Source: Candidatus Thorarchaeota archaeon
GTDB lineage: Archaea; Asgardarchaeota; Thorarchaeia; Thorarchaeales; Thorarchaeaceae
DNA: 64,000 nt
Direction: 5' to 3'
Assembly: GCA_016933575.1 (NCBI GenBank)
Contig: JAFGAR010000040.1
Span: 32,001-96,000, forward strand
The notes beneath the pieces were generated by a model. That model was not told the origin of the DNA. It saw nothing but the letters and a program-made list of their open reading frames with translations, and did no database searches. The position numbers were made by a program, and so were the translations under genes. Below, in pieces: positions 1 to 9,366 of this stretch (positions within the stretch are counted from its first letter, which is position 1; every line of letters starts with the position of its first letter).

Positions 1-2
1 AT

Positions 3-131
3 CTAATTTCATTTGTCTTCGCAGTGCTTGGTGGTATAATTGGAAAGCTCATTAGAGAGCGCTTTATCAAAGAGAAATCACCTATACAACAGACTCGACA
101 AGGAGAACCTGAATCAACTGATCTTCAGTAG
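3..131 (+). CDS. C-terminal fragment of a membrane protein (partial, runs off the window)
   Basis: Manual translation LISFVFAVLGGIIGKLIRERFIKEK...DLQ*, with a hydrophobic helix then a basic stretch. Confidence 0.5.
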   Translation, partial: LISFVFAVLGGIIGKLIRERFIKEKSPIQQTRQGEPESTDLQ

Positions 132-137
132 CATGTA

Positions 138-1154
138 TCATTCAACAAGGCTAGTGTACTCTCTTGTGAATGAACGCCTTAGCTGGTCCTTTATTTTAGG
201 ATCTAGGAATGAAGATTGAATGCTGTCCAATGATATCTTGAAAAGTTCATCAACAGAAAATCCTAACTCCTGATGCAACTGAATGAACTCATAATTCATA
301 TCGGTATGGAATAGTGAAGGATCATCACTATTCACTGAAACAAGCAGTCCTTTATCGAAGAAATCTCTTATTGGATGTTCCTTAATTGAATGCACTGCGC
401 CAGTTCGCAAATTACTCACAGGACACATCTCAATTCCAATTCTCTTCTGCTTTAGATATTCTATCAGATTGGGATCTTGTTGAGCAGATACACCATGGCC
501 TATTCGTTCGACGTTTAGATATTGTATTGCTTCCCAGATTGACTCAGGTCCCGCTGCTTCTCCTGCATGAGCAACTCGATGAAGCCCCATCTTAGCTGCG
601 CGTCTGTAGACATCTGCAAATCTTTTTGGAGGATACATCTTCTCATTTCCTCCGAGGTCAATGGATACGATATTATTTGGATCTTCAGCAATATAGTCCA
701 AAATGCTCATTGCCTCTTCAATGGTTGATGTTCGTACTATATCTATTCTAATATCAGCTTCTAAACCAAAGTCACGTTTTGCATTCTTAATGCCTCTTCT
801 GATGGCGTTCAGCATTTTGTTAAACTGCAATCCCTTGGATATGTGATCCATTGGGGAGAAACTCGCCTCAACATATTTCGTGTTGCATCTTGCACAATTC
901 TCCAGCATCTCATATGTGATGCGTTCAAAGTGTCTTTCATCAATAATATAGTCAACTATCTCCATATAGCACTGGATGAAGTTCATAAAGTCTGAATATT
1001 CGAAACGCTTGACAATGTCATCTTTATTGTTGTATGCTGATTCGATGTTATCGGTTTCAATTATAGAGAGCAAGGTTTCAGGACGAATCGAGCCTAGGAT
1101 GTGCAGATGAAGTTCAATCTTTGGCAATGCTTTGATTAGGTTCTTCGAGGTCAT
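138..1154 (-). CDS. add: Adenosine/adenine deaminase family
   Basis: PKIELHLH, HAGEAAG, RIGHG, EMCPVSN and NSDDP motifs. Confidence 0.9.
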   Translation of the reverse strand: MTSKNLIKALPKIELHLHILGSIRPETLLSIIETDNIESAYNNKDDIVKRFEYSDFMNFIQCYMEIVDYIIDERHFERITYEMLENCARCNTKYVEASFSPMDHISKGLQFNKMLNAIRRGIKNAKRDFGLEADIRIDIVRTSTIEEAMSILDYIAEDPNNIVSIDLGGNEKMYPPKRFADVYRRAAKMGLHRVAHAGEAAGPESIWEAIQYLNVERIGHGVSAQQDPNLIEYLKQKRIGIEMCPVSNLRTGAVHSIKEHPIRDFFDKGLLVSVNSDDPSLFHTDMNYEFIQLHQELGFSVDELFKISLDSIQSSFLDPKIKDQLRRSFTREYTSLVE

Positions 1155-1262
1155 TTGCTAAAATCATCATCCGTGCATGTTAAAGTTTTAGAAGTTCCTT
1201 TGCTGAGGATTATTCTCCAAATGTTTAATATGTTTCACAGACTCAATGAGAAACGAGACAAT

Positions 1263-1487
1263 ATGGCGGAAATACCATTTGCATCCGGGCCTGGTGGAGA
1301 GAACCGTGTGTATCGATCCCGTACCAATAAAGTTCTCTTTGGAGTATGTGGGGGTCTAGGTAATTATCTGAATGTAGATCCTACTCTAATTCGATTAATC
1401 TGGATTGTCTTCTCTCTTGTCTATGGGGCTGGTATACTTGCATATCTCATTGCTATCATTATCATCCCCGAAGAACCAACAATGTAA
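1263..1487 (+). CDS. pspC: PspC domain membrane protein
   Basis: YRSRTNKVLFGVCGGLGNYLNVDPTLIRL...LAYLIAIIIIPEE; start placed at ATG 1263. Confidence 0.88.
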   Translation: MAEIPFASGPGGENRVYRSRTNKVLFGVCGGLGNYLNVDPTLIRLIWIVFSLVYGAGILAYLIAIIIIPEEPTM

Positions 1488-1748
1488 CTTGTTTTATCTT
1501 TCTAGCAATGCCCATTAACTTCTGACTGGTCTTATATAATACCCAGATATATTGGCCATTTGTTAAGTCGCAGAGTTATTTGAGTATATGGACATTATTG
1601 ATGCCATTGAATAGCATCGTATATTTACTGAATACAACAACAGACCCTTGTTAGAATGATACTAGACCATGAATAGGCTCATTATAATCTGGGTCTATTT
1701 CTCAATACTGGTTATATTCAGAAATTGTTATCTTTTTACTGATAAGAA

Positions 1749-2084
1749 ATGACGATAAGAATAGAATCAGCATCCCTATCAGTTCCTATCAAAGAATGCG
1801 CATGCGGTCAGTGTAGCTGTATCATTCTGTATACTAGCCCAAAATGTATTCTATGTAATGCTGCTCTTGAAATTCTATATTCAGTCATTTCTGATTTTGG
1901 CCTTTCACAGGATGTGGTCAGTATAGTCGATATCACATCTGAGGAAGAAGCGTGTAACATTCCACCTACTGCGAGCCTTCCCGCCATGAAAATTTGTCAG
2001 GAACTACTAACTGGTCTACCTGATTTAGATGTGGCACGTGGAGCAGTTATGCACGCCGTTCTAAAAGGTTGTTTCTCTAATTAG
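1749..2084 (+). CDS. Small Cys-rich thioredoxin/glutaredoxin-fold protein
   Basis: ILYTSPKCILC (CxxC after the first strand), VDI strand, SLPAM cis-Pro-like loop. Confidence 0.55.
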   Translation: MTIRIESASLSVPIKECACGQCSCIILYTSPKCILCNAALEILYSVISDFGLSQDVVSIVDITSEEEACNIPPTASLPAMKICQELLTGLPDLDVARGAVMHAVLKGCFSN

Positions 2085-2132
2085 AAAGGCTGCATCTAAA
2101 TTTGCCATAACGAAAACTGCAATCCTACAAGA

Positions 2133-2426
2133 CTATCGAGTGACTCTTAGATTCGCAAGACTTCTCCAGATCTCAGCGTGTCTCTGAAGTTCCATAATTC
2201 GTTCGTGATCTACATGATATAGTGGTTTTCTCATATCCATAAGATTCGGTACTTTTTTACAAAAGTTACCAGACTGTAATGTCTTCAGAGCTAATGTGAC
2301 AGTCCTCATGGCTAGCCCACTTTTTGACGCAATCTCCTGTGGACACATTGGGCCATCCTGAGCTAACTTATCTAAGACAATCAATGTGCTCTTTGTTAGA
2401 TTAATAGGTAGACTCATTCTGATCAC
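2133..2426 (-). CDS. Winged-helix transcription regulator (MarR/ArsR-like)
   Basis: LTKSTLIVL...PQEIASKSGLAMRTVTLALKTL...DMRKPLY. Confidence 0.75.
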   Translation of the reverse strand: MIRMSLPINLTKSTLIVLDKLAQDGPMCPQEIASKSGLAMRTVTLALKTLQSGNFCKKVPNLMDMRKPLYHVDHERIMELQRHAEIWRSLANLRVTR

Positions 2427-2547
2427 CGGTACACAGCGGATTGAAAAGCCAAAAGTGTCACAATCACCACATATGGCTTAGGACGCCTTGCCTTCAATTC
2501 ACATGCTTCATAATAAGGATTGTCAATAAAGTAATTCTTTGTGTATC

Positions 2548-3291
2548 TCAAGTCACATAGAGAATCGCATTTCCTTTTTTCCCTGCAGTTCTCAATACAT
2601 CCATCTTTCTCAGACAATAGGTCATCTTCTGAGCTATTCGTCTTGGAATTCCTGTTATCTCAGCAAGCTGGCTTGTTGTAAATGGACGTTCCAGAGAATC
2701 AGGTATGAGATGCAAGAAATCCTTGGGTTCGTGATAGACGCGCCTATCAACGATCTCAATCAGTCTTCTATCAATACTAGACCATCCCCTTCTTCTCCAA
2801 CTACCCTTTCCATCTTTTCTGCGAATCTCCTCCTCCTTAGTGAGGATGATCTCAAGCGAGAAATTGGAGTGAATGAGGAAAGTGGGTATACTCACCAGTT
2901 CTTCGAAGATATTTGCAAAATCCTTCCTTTTTGGGGAGCGTCGTCTACTAACATCGTTCTTACCATCTGGGCTTTGTCGTAGAATCCATCTCTCAGCAGC
3001 TATAGGATGTACAAGTCTAACACGGTGGTCTTTCATTAGTTTGAACAGCTTGTCCTTTATTGCAGAGAAACTACTAGTCTGTATTTCTATCAATAGGTCA
3101 TCCTTGACCACATCAATTATGTATCCATCGACATTGACTTCAAACTGACTCCCAGAGCCCTCATATAGCTCTTTAATTGCAGCATGGAGAGACCTCTCTT
3201 GGAGGGTTCCTATGCCTCCATCATTCACCATAACATATCGACTTCCGAGTTCCCTTATTGGTTGTTCTATTATCTGTCCAATATACTCCAT
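2548..3291 (-). CDS. Conserved hypothetical protein, PD-(D/E)xK nuclease-like with C-terminal HTH
   Basis: IGTLQERSLH, YIIDVV...LIEIQT; C-terminal FTTSQLAEITGIPRRIAQKMTYCL. Confidence 0.6.
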   Translation of the reverse strand: MEYIGQIIEQPIRELGSRYVMVNDGGIGTLQERSLHAAIKELYEGSGSQFEVNVDGYIIDVVKDDLLIEIQTSSFSAIKDKLFKLMKDHRVRLVHPIAAERWILRQSPDGKNDVSRRRSPKRKDFANIFEELVSIPTFLIHSNFSLEIILTKEEEIRRKDGKGSWRRRGWSSIDRRLIEIVDRRVYHEPKDFLHLIPDSLERPFTTSQLAEITGIPRRIAQKMTYCLRKMDVLRTAGKKGNAILYVT

Positions 3292-3292
3292 A

Positions 3293-3754
3293 CTAGAGAT
3301 GCTTAGTCCAAATTACTCCATCATCATGAGGATATAGATGGGGAATTATTGCGCTTTCTGTAAATCCATTCTCCTTGTAGAACTTACGTGCAATCTCATT
3401 TTGCTTTTCCATAAATAGGATGATAACCCTCAAATCATACCCTCTATCAGAATAAAACTTCGAGGCTTCTTTAACAAAGGTGTCAACAAGGCGCGTTGCT
3501 ATTTTCTGCCTTTGGTATGCTTTATTGACTCCAATACTTACTAGTTCGACAACACCGTCGTCATATCCTCCCCTGGTGTCCCAAGTCAATGTACCACAGA
3601 GTTCGTTATCTTGCAGAGCTAGCATTGTTTTGAAATGGTGTATCAAGTCGCTTGCGAAAGTTGCTGCTCTTTCTTTGTGTTCTTCGACTTCGGTGAGATA
3701 CATGTCCTCGAGGAGTTTTTGGTCCGCACTGGTTGCGTTTCTTATTTCCAACAT
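3293..3754 (-). CDS. GNAT acetyltransferase
   Basis: SIGVNKAYQRQKIATRL motif A; NEIARKFYKENGF. Confidence 0.85.
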   Translation of the reverse strand: MLEIRNATSADQKLLEDMYLTEVEEHKERAATFASDLIHHFKTMLALQDNELCGTLTWDTRGGYDDGVVELVSIGVNKAYQRQKIATRLVDTFVKEASKFYSDRGYDLRVIILFMEKQNEIARKFYKENGFTESAIIPHLYPHDDGVIWTKHL

Positions 3755-3802
3755 TGCATCTTCGAATGCGGATCCACTCCGTTTATTATTTTCCTAATTC
3801 CA

Positions 3803-4588
3803 TTATTCGATGATAACTACGGCATCCACGAATAACTCGTAATCTTCATCTTCATCTAGATTCTTAATCAGTACTCTCTCAACTTCAAACTCACCACGAA
3901 CTTCCAAGAGTCTTGATTGATACAAGACCTTTACACTTGAGCTTGCCAGATTCTCTGCGAGTTCGGGACTGATTACAAGAGTATCGTCCGGTGTAAGAAG
4001 CACAACACGATCTGTAACTTCTGTCAGATTAATTGCGGTTTTGACTGATTCATCACCTGAATAGAGTATCAGTGTTCTCTGATCCTTGAAATCCTTGAGA
4101 TTTTCCACACTAAGATATACACCTTTATCGAGGAATTCGTCCTTTCCAACGAGACATTCGACTTCCTCTTGCACTTTCACGTTTTCCTCTGAAACTTCTT
4201 CGCCCCGACCTTTCTTGTAGGTTTTGATTGCTTCATGAAGTGCATCAGCAGCAAGATTCGAACAATGCATCTTGATAGGTGGTAGTCCGTCAAGTTCATC
4301 AGCGACATCCTGTCGTGTAAGCTTCATCGCCTCATCAAGGGTCATTCCAATGACCATCTCAGTTGTCATACTCGTTGTGGCAATTGCAGAACCGCATCCG
4401 AAAGTTCTGAATTTTGCATCTGTAATCTTATCACCATCTACTCGAATGAATACCTCCATGATATCACCGCATGTCGGATTCCCCACTTTTCCGACAGCCA
4501 CATCATCTCCCTCAAGTGTACCTACATTCCGCGGATTTCGGAAGTGGTCAAGAACTTTCTCACTATATTTAGTTGATTTCATTATCAC
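3803..4588 (-). CDS. iscU: IscU/NifU Fe-S scaffold fused to a degenerate thioredoxin-reductase NADPH domain
   Basis: YSEKVLDHFRNPRNVG, NPTCGD, TFGCGSAIA, LPPIKMHCS; C-terminal TrxB-like segment. Confidence 0.88.
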   Translation of the reverse strand: MIMKSTKYSEKVLDHFRNPRNVGTLEGDDVAVGKVGNPTCGDIMEVFIRVDGDKITDAKFRTFGCGSAIATTSMTTEMVIGMTLDEAMKLTRQDVADELDGLPPIKMHCSNLAADALHEAIKTYKKGRGEEVSEENVKVQEEVECLVGKDEFLDKGVYLSVENLKDFKDQRTLILYSGDESVKTAINLTEVTDRVVLLTPDDTLVISPELAENLASSSVKVLYQSRLLEVRGEFEVERVLIKNLDEDEDYELFVDAVVIIE

Positions 4589-5757
4589 TACACCTTCTTT
4601 GATTTGTAAATCGGGGACAAGTTTCGAAGACGTGTCACAATCTCTGGTACAGCCTCCAAGACAGTATCTATGTCCTCATCGGTATTGAATCGCCCAGTTG
4701 TAATTTGCAGAGAACCATGTGCTTCCTCATGAAGTAGACCCGTAGCAATGAGGGTATGCGATGGCTCTAGCGTCTTTGATGTACATGCAGATCCTGTGGA
4801 AATCGCAATTCCTTTGTCTTTAAAGGATAAGAGTATTGATTCACCTTCAATACCATCGAATCTGACATGTGTGTTACTCGGGAGTCGTTCAGTAGGATGT
4901 CCATTGAGATAGCTATCAGGTACTTCTTCCAGAATGTGTTTTATCATCCTGTTTCGGTACCCAGTGAATCGTTTAATCTCTCCAAGCATTTCTTGCTGCA
5001 TAATTTCCGCAGCCACCTTCATTCCAACTATTCCCGGAACATCTTCACTTCCAGACCGTAATCCTCTCTCTTGGCCTCCACCAATAATAAGGGGATTGAC
5101 TCTGTACTTCTTCCTCATGTAGAAGACGCCAACACCTTTTGGACCGTATATATCATTTGATGATAGTGCCATTAGATGTACACCATCTCTCTTGACATCG
5201 ATAGGCATCAGACCTTCTGCTGCGACTGCGTCTGAGTGAAAAGCAATATCTCTCTCTTCTGCAAGCTTTCCAATCTCTCTAATTGGTTGGATTGTACCAA
5301 TCTCATTGCTAGCATAACCCACTGAGATGAGAATGGTCTTGTCAGTGATTCTCTGTTCCAATTTTCTCAGACTCACACGACCATATTGATCCACTGGAAT
5401 CCTAGAAACCTCAAACCCTAGTCTTTCGAGATGCTTTGCAATGTTATGAATCGAGATGTGTTCAACCTCTGAAATGATGATATGATTCCCTTTGTTCTTG
5501 TTCCTCATGGCATACCCGACTATACCCATGTTGATTGCTTCAGTCGCACCTGATGTGAAGAAAATCTCGTCTTCATCTGCGTTTATGAATTCGGCAATAA
5601 CTTTTCTACTCTCTTCTAGAGCTTCGGTCCCCTCATCGCCAATAGAGTGTAAAGCTGATGGATTCCCATATTTTTCTCGAAAGAAAGGCATCATTCCATC
5701 TATGACTCGTTGGTCCACTGGTTTTGCACTTTGATAATCAAGATAGACCTGTTTCAT
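4588..5757 (-). CDS. iscS: Cysteine desulfurase (IscS/NifS group I)
   Basis: YLDY, GNPS, FTSGATEA, NEIGTIQPI, STGSACTS; note SSNDIYGPKG instead of the usual S(A/G)HK(F/I)YGPKG. Confidence 0.85.
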   Translation of the reverse strand: MKQVYLDYQSAKPVDQRVIDGMMPFFREKYGNPSALHSIGDEGTEALEESRKVIAEFINADEDEIFFTSGATEAINMGIVGYAMRNKNKGNHIIISEVEHISIHNIAKHLERLGFEVSRIPVDQYGRVSLRKLEQRITDKTILISVGYASNEIGTIQPIREIGKLAEERDIAFHSDAVAAEGLMPIDVKRDGVHLMALSSNDIYGPKGVGVFYMRKKYRVNPLIIGGGQERGLRSGSEDVPGIVGMKVAAEIMQQEMLGEIKRFTGYRNRMIKHILEEVPDSYLNGHPTERLPSNTHVRFDGIEGESILLSFKDKGIAISTGSACTSKTLEPSHTLIATGLLHEEAHGSLQITTGRFNTDEDIDTVLEAVPEIVTRLRNLSPIYKSKKV

Positions 5758-5797
5758 GAGATTCTAGCCTCTAATACGTACGATTTACTAGTCTTAG

Positions 5798-6052
5798 TTA
5801 CCCTTCCTTTCGTTGCAGTAGAATCCGTTGGATTCCATCTGGAAGTCTTTTGACACTGATTAGTACATGTCCTGTTCTTCTAGCAAATCGTTTGATATCC
5901 TCTTCTGCAGCAGGATCATCTGCTAGTATCTCAAGTATCTGACCCGGCTTGAGACTCTCAATGGCTTGCTTGGTCTGGAAAAGCGGTTGTGGACAAAACA
6001 ACCCCACACAGTCCAGACATTCGTCTGGTTTTACTTCTGTCACGGATAACAC
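5798..6052 (-). CDS. tusA: TusA/SirA family sulfur carrier
   Basis: LDCVGLFCPQP and ADDPAAEEDI. Confidence 0.9.
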   Translation of the reverse strand: MLSVTEVKPDECLDCVGLFCPQPLFQTKQAIESLKPGQILEILADDPAAEEDIKRFARRTGHVLISVKRLPDGIQRILLQRKEG

Positions 6053-6184
6053 CTAGCTACTAATAAACTATTGTTAATTTTTCCTTATAACTTTATTCAT
6101 TCATATCTGATTGAAGTGTGCATTTGAGCTTCTTTTTATTGAGGTTCTCCATCTCGAAACAAAACCCCAAAGAGCTGATGAATA

Positions 6185-7294
6185 ATGGTCACAAAGAGCA
6201 GGGCTGCTGTAATACCTAAACCAAATGCTCCTCTAATCATTCAAGAGTTCGAAATTCCAGAGTTAACTCCTGGAGCAGCTCTCTTGAAAGTAGCAAATGC
6301 TGGTGTATGTGGAACTGATGTTCACTTATGGCACGGAAAATTAGCAGGTGTGCCATATCCACTTATTCCCGGTCATGAAGTTGTAGGTACGATAGAAGCT
6401 ATCGGTCCTAGACCTGTAAAAGATCTTGATGGAAATGTGCTGAAGCCTGGTGATAGAGTCACATTCCATGATGTCTACAATACTTGCTACAGATGTTGGA
6501 ATTGCTTGATTGCAAAAGCTCCAACAAAGTGCACGAACAGAACAGTATACGGTATTACGATGGACTCACAGAAACACCCACATCTCATTGGTGGCTATAG
6601 CGAGTACGTCTATCTCTCTCCAGGTACGCATATCATCAAGATTCCAGAACATGTTAGCTTTGATGGTGCAAGTGCTGTAGGGTGTGCCATGCCAACTGCA
6701 GTGCATACAGTCCTACGAAGTCCTCTAACGTGGGGTGCGAATGTAGCTGTTCAAGGAGCTGGACCTGTGGGACTGATGATTGCTGTACTTGCGATAATCA
6801 ACGGTGCTGCAACAGTTACAATGTTGGACCAAGCTAAGAATCGTCTGGAACTTGCCAAGAAATTTGGTGTGACACACACTTTGAATATCGCAGAAACCTC
6901 TTTAGAAGATCGAAAGCAGAAGTTAATGGATATCTCTGGCGGTCATGGTCCTGACATAGTCTACGAAGCCACAGGTAATGCTCGTGCCATTCCTGAAGGT
7001 ATTGAGTTGGTCCGAGAGGGTGGTAGTTACACGATATGCGGGCAGTACACTGATAGTGGAACAATTGAGATCAATCCTCATTTGATGAATAGGAAGCATC
7101 TGGACATAAAGACAGTTTGGGGATCTGAAACACTCCATGTCTATAAAGGCGTAAAGACAATCGCAGACAACTATCATCGATTCCCCTTTGATGATCTTGT
7201 TACGCACAAGTTCAGCCTTGATGACGCACAGAAAGCCCTTGATGCTCAAGAGTCCCATGTTTCATTGAAGGCTGTAATCCAACCAAATGCTTAG
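6185..7294 (+). CDS. Zn-dependent medium-chain alcohol dehydrogenase
   Basis: GVCGTD, PGHE, CYRCWNC...C, GAGPVG. Confidence 0.92.
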   Translation: MVTKSRAAVIPKPNAPLIIQEFEIPELTPGAALLKVANAGVCGTDVHLWHGKLAGVPYPLIPGHEVVGTIEAIGPRPVKDLDGNVLKPGDRVTFHDVYNTCYRCWNCLIAKAPTKCTNRTVYGITMDSQKHPHLIGGYSEYVYLSPGTHIIKIPEHVSFDGASAVGCAMPTAVHTVLRSPLTWGANVAVQGAGPVGLMIAVLAIINGAATVTMLDQAKNRLELAKKFGVTHTLNIAETSLEDRKQKLMDISGGHGPDIVYEATGNARAIPEGIELVREGGSYTICGQYTDSGTIEINPHLMNRKHLDIKTVWGSETLHVYKGVKTIADNYHRFPFDDLVTHKFSLDDAQKALDAQESHVSLKAVIQPNA

Positions 7295-7313
7295 ATTACT
7301 TGGAGGTCTCATA

Positions 7314-8498
7314 ATGCGAAGTAACCTTGAGAAATCTAAATGTGAACAAGCGTGTGATATCCTAAACGAGTTAGGCTTAGACTCATGGTTAGTCTGGGTT
7401 CGAGAAACCTCGCAGATGGTTGATCCTGTATTGCCGCTCATCTTGAGCGGCGATGTGGTCTGGCAGTCAGCCCTCCTCTTCACCAGGAATGGAGAAAAAC
7501 TTGCGATAGTTGGTAATTTTGATGCTGGTGGTATTGAGGTCAAGAACATCTATGATCGTGTTATCCCTTATACACAAGGAATAAAGGAACATCTTCTAGC
7601 TGAACTGAATCGTATCGACCCAACAAAGATTGGGATTAATTTTAGCACAGATGATGTGGCTGCAGATGGAATGACTCTTGGGATGCATATACTCTTGAAG
7701 AGCTATCTTGAAGGGACTCCTTATGGAAACCGTCTTGTTTCTGCTGAAGGTCTTGTCCAACGATTACGTGGTCGAAAAACACCAGAAGAAATCAATCTCG
7801 TGCAAAAAGCTGTTGATATCACTGAAGAAATATTTCGAAAAGCAGAGCACTTTGTAAAGCCCAACCAAACAGAAATTGAGATCTACAAGTTGTTTCATAA
7901 TGAAATGAATAACTATGGCGTGACTAATGCTTGGAATGAAGATCATAATCCAGCTGTGGATGCTGGTCCAAACAAGGAATTCGGTCATGCTGGTCCTACA
8001 GACAATAAGACAAAAGACTCTCAGCTTTTGCACTTTGATTTTGGAGTTCGTTACAAGAACTATTGTTCAGATATCCAGAGGATGTTCTTTTTCGGTCATG
8101 AGAGAGATATACCTTCTGAGATACAGGATGCTTTTGAAGCAGTTCGTGATGCAATCCAAGCAGCGTCAGAGTATATCAAACCAGGTCGTCTAGGTTATGA
8201 GGTTGATGCAATCGCTCGGGATTATGTCAAAGATGCTGGATATGAAGAGTATCAACATGCATTAGGTCACCAGATTGGAAGACATGCTCATGATGGTGGC
8301 GTTCTACTTGGACCTAAATGGGAACGATATGGTGACTCAATTCTAGGTTCTGTTGAACCTGGAAATCTCTTCACATTGGAACTATATGTCACTACAAAGA
8401 ACTATGGCCAAGTGAGTCTAGAAGAGGACATTGTAATCACGGAAAATGGGTGCAGATTTCTTTCTCACCCACAGAAGAAACTGATATGCATTGTATGA
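7314..8498 (+). CDS. Xaa-Pro peptidase, M24 family
   Basis: DFG...YCSDIQR, HALGHQIG..HD, FTLE, LEEDI; GGAGGT before ATG 7314. Confidence 0.88.
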   Translation: MRSNLEKSKCEQACDILNELGLDSWLVWVRETSQMVDPVLPLILSGDVVWQSALLFTRNGEKLAIVGNFDAGGIEVKNIYDRVIPYTQGIKEHLLAELNRIDPTKIGINFSTDDVAADGMTLGMHILLKSYLEGTPYGNRLVSAEGLVQRLRGRKTPEEINLVQKAVDITEEIFRKAEHFVKPNQTEIEIYKLFHNEMNNYGVTNAWNEDHNPAVDAGPNKEFGHAGPTDNKTKDSQLLHFDFGVRYKNYCSDIQRMFFFGHERDIPSEIQDAFEAVRDAIQAASEYIKPGRLGYEVDAIARDYVKDAGYEEYQHALGHQIGRHAHDGGVLLGPKWERYGDSILGSVEPGNLFTLELYVTTKNYGQVSLEEDIVITENGCRFLSHPQKKLICIV

Positions 8499-8502
8499 TT
8501 TT

Positions 8503-9315
8503 CTATAAAACTAGATTCTCATCCATAGCGCCAGTCCGGTATCCCCGAAGATCAAGTGTAACATAGGTGAAACCTACCTTTCTTGCAATCTGCTCTATTT
8601 GATTCAATTTTGTGATATCAAACATAAGATTCAATTCGTCTTCACCCACTTCAATACGAACAAGGTTTCCATGATATCTCGCTCGGACACATCTGACACC
8701 AAAAATATCAACAACTGCTTGTTCTACAGTGTCTACCATTCTCAACCGATCTAGGTCTATCTTAGTTCCGTAAGGAAATCTAGTTGCGAGACAAGCCATT
8801 GATGGTTTATCTGCAACAGATAGACCTCTCTCCCGTGCATATTCTCTTATTTCCTCTTTAGTAATCGCCGCATTAAGAAATGGTGATTGAACTCCTGACT
8901 CCTCAAGTGCTTTTAATCCCGGTCGATACCCCTCTGTTTCACTTGAGGTGGTTCCTTCAACAACGATGTCTAAACCCATACTCCTCGCAGTTTCTATCCA
9001 CATGCTGGCAAGTATCTGCTTACACGAATAGCATCTGTCTGCCCTATTTGCAGCTAGTCCTTCATATGATAACCAGTCTAAATCCTTCATTATAAGGTCT
9101 AGTCCAAGTCTCTCAGCAATTGATATAGCACTGGCTACTTCTCTCTCTGGAACAGTAGCACTTGTAATTGTCAATAGAGTAGTCCTAGCAGCAGTTTCAC
9201 TCACAACACTTGCGAGAACTGTACTGTCGACTCCTCCACTAAATGCGACTAAAACATTCTTTCCAGATAGTTTCTCTCTAATTGCGTCGAATTTATTCCT
9301 TGTCCGATCTTTCAT
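8503..9315 (-). CDS. larE: LarE-like ATP-dependent sulfur transferase (PP-loop)
   Basis: AFSGGVDS, RCYSCK, RPG, KPSMACLATRFPYG, LDLRGYRTGAM. Confidence 0.85.
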   Translation of the reverse strand: MKDRTRNKFDAIREKLSGKNVLVAFSGGVDSTVLASVVSETAARTTLLTITSATVPEREVASAISIAERLGLDLIMKDLDWLSYEGLAANRADRCYSCKQILASMWIETARSMGLDIVVEGTTSSETEGYRPGLKALEESGVQSPFLNAAITKEEIREYARERGLSVADKPSMACLATRFPYGTKIDLDRLRMVDTVEQAVVDIFGVRCVRARYHGNLVRIEVGEDELNLMFDITKLNQIEQIARKVGFTYVTLDLRGYRTGAMDENLVL

Positions 9316-9366
9316 TGGTAGAATTTGTGACCTTATCCTTTAGTCTTAAGCTTTCAGAAGAGGTCC

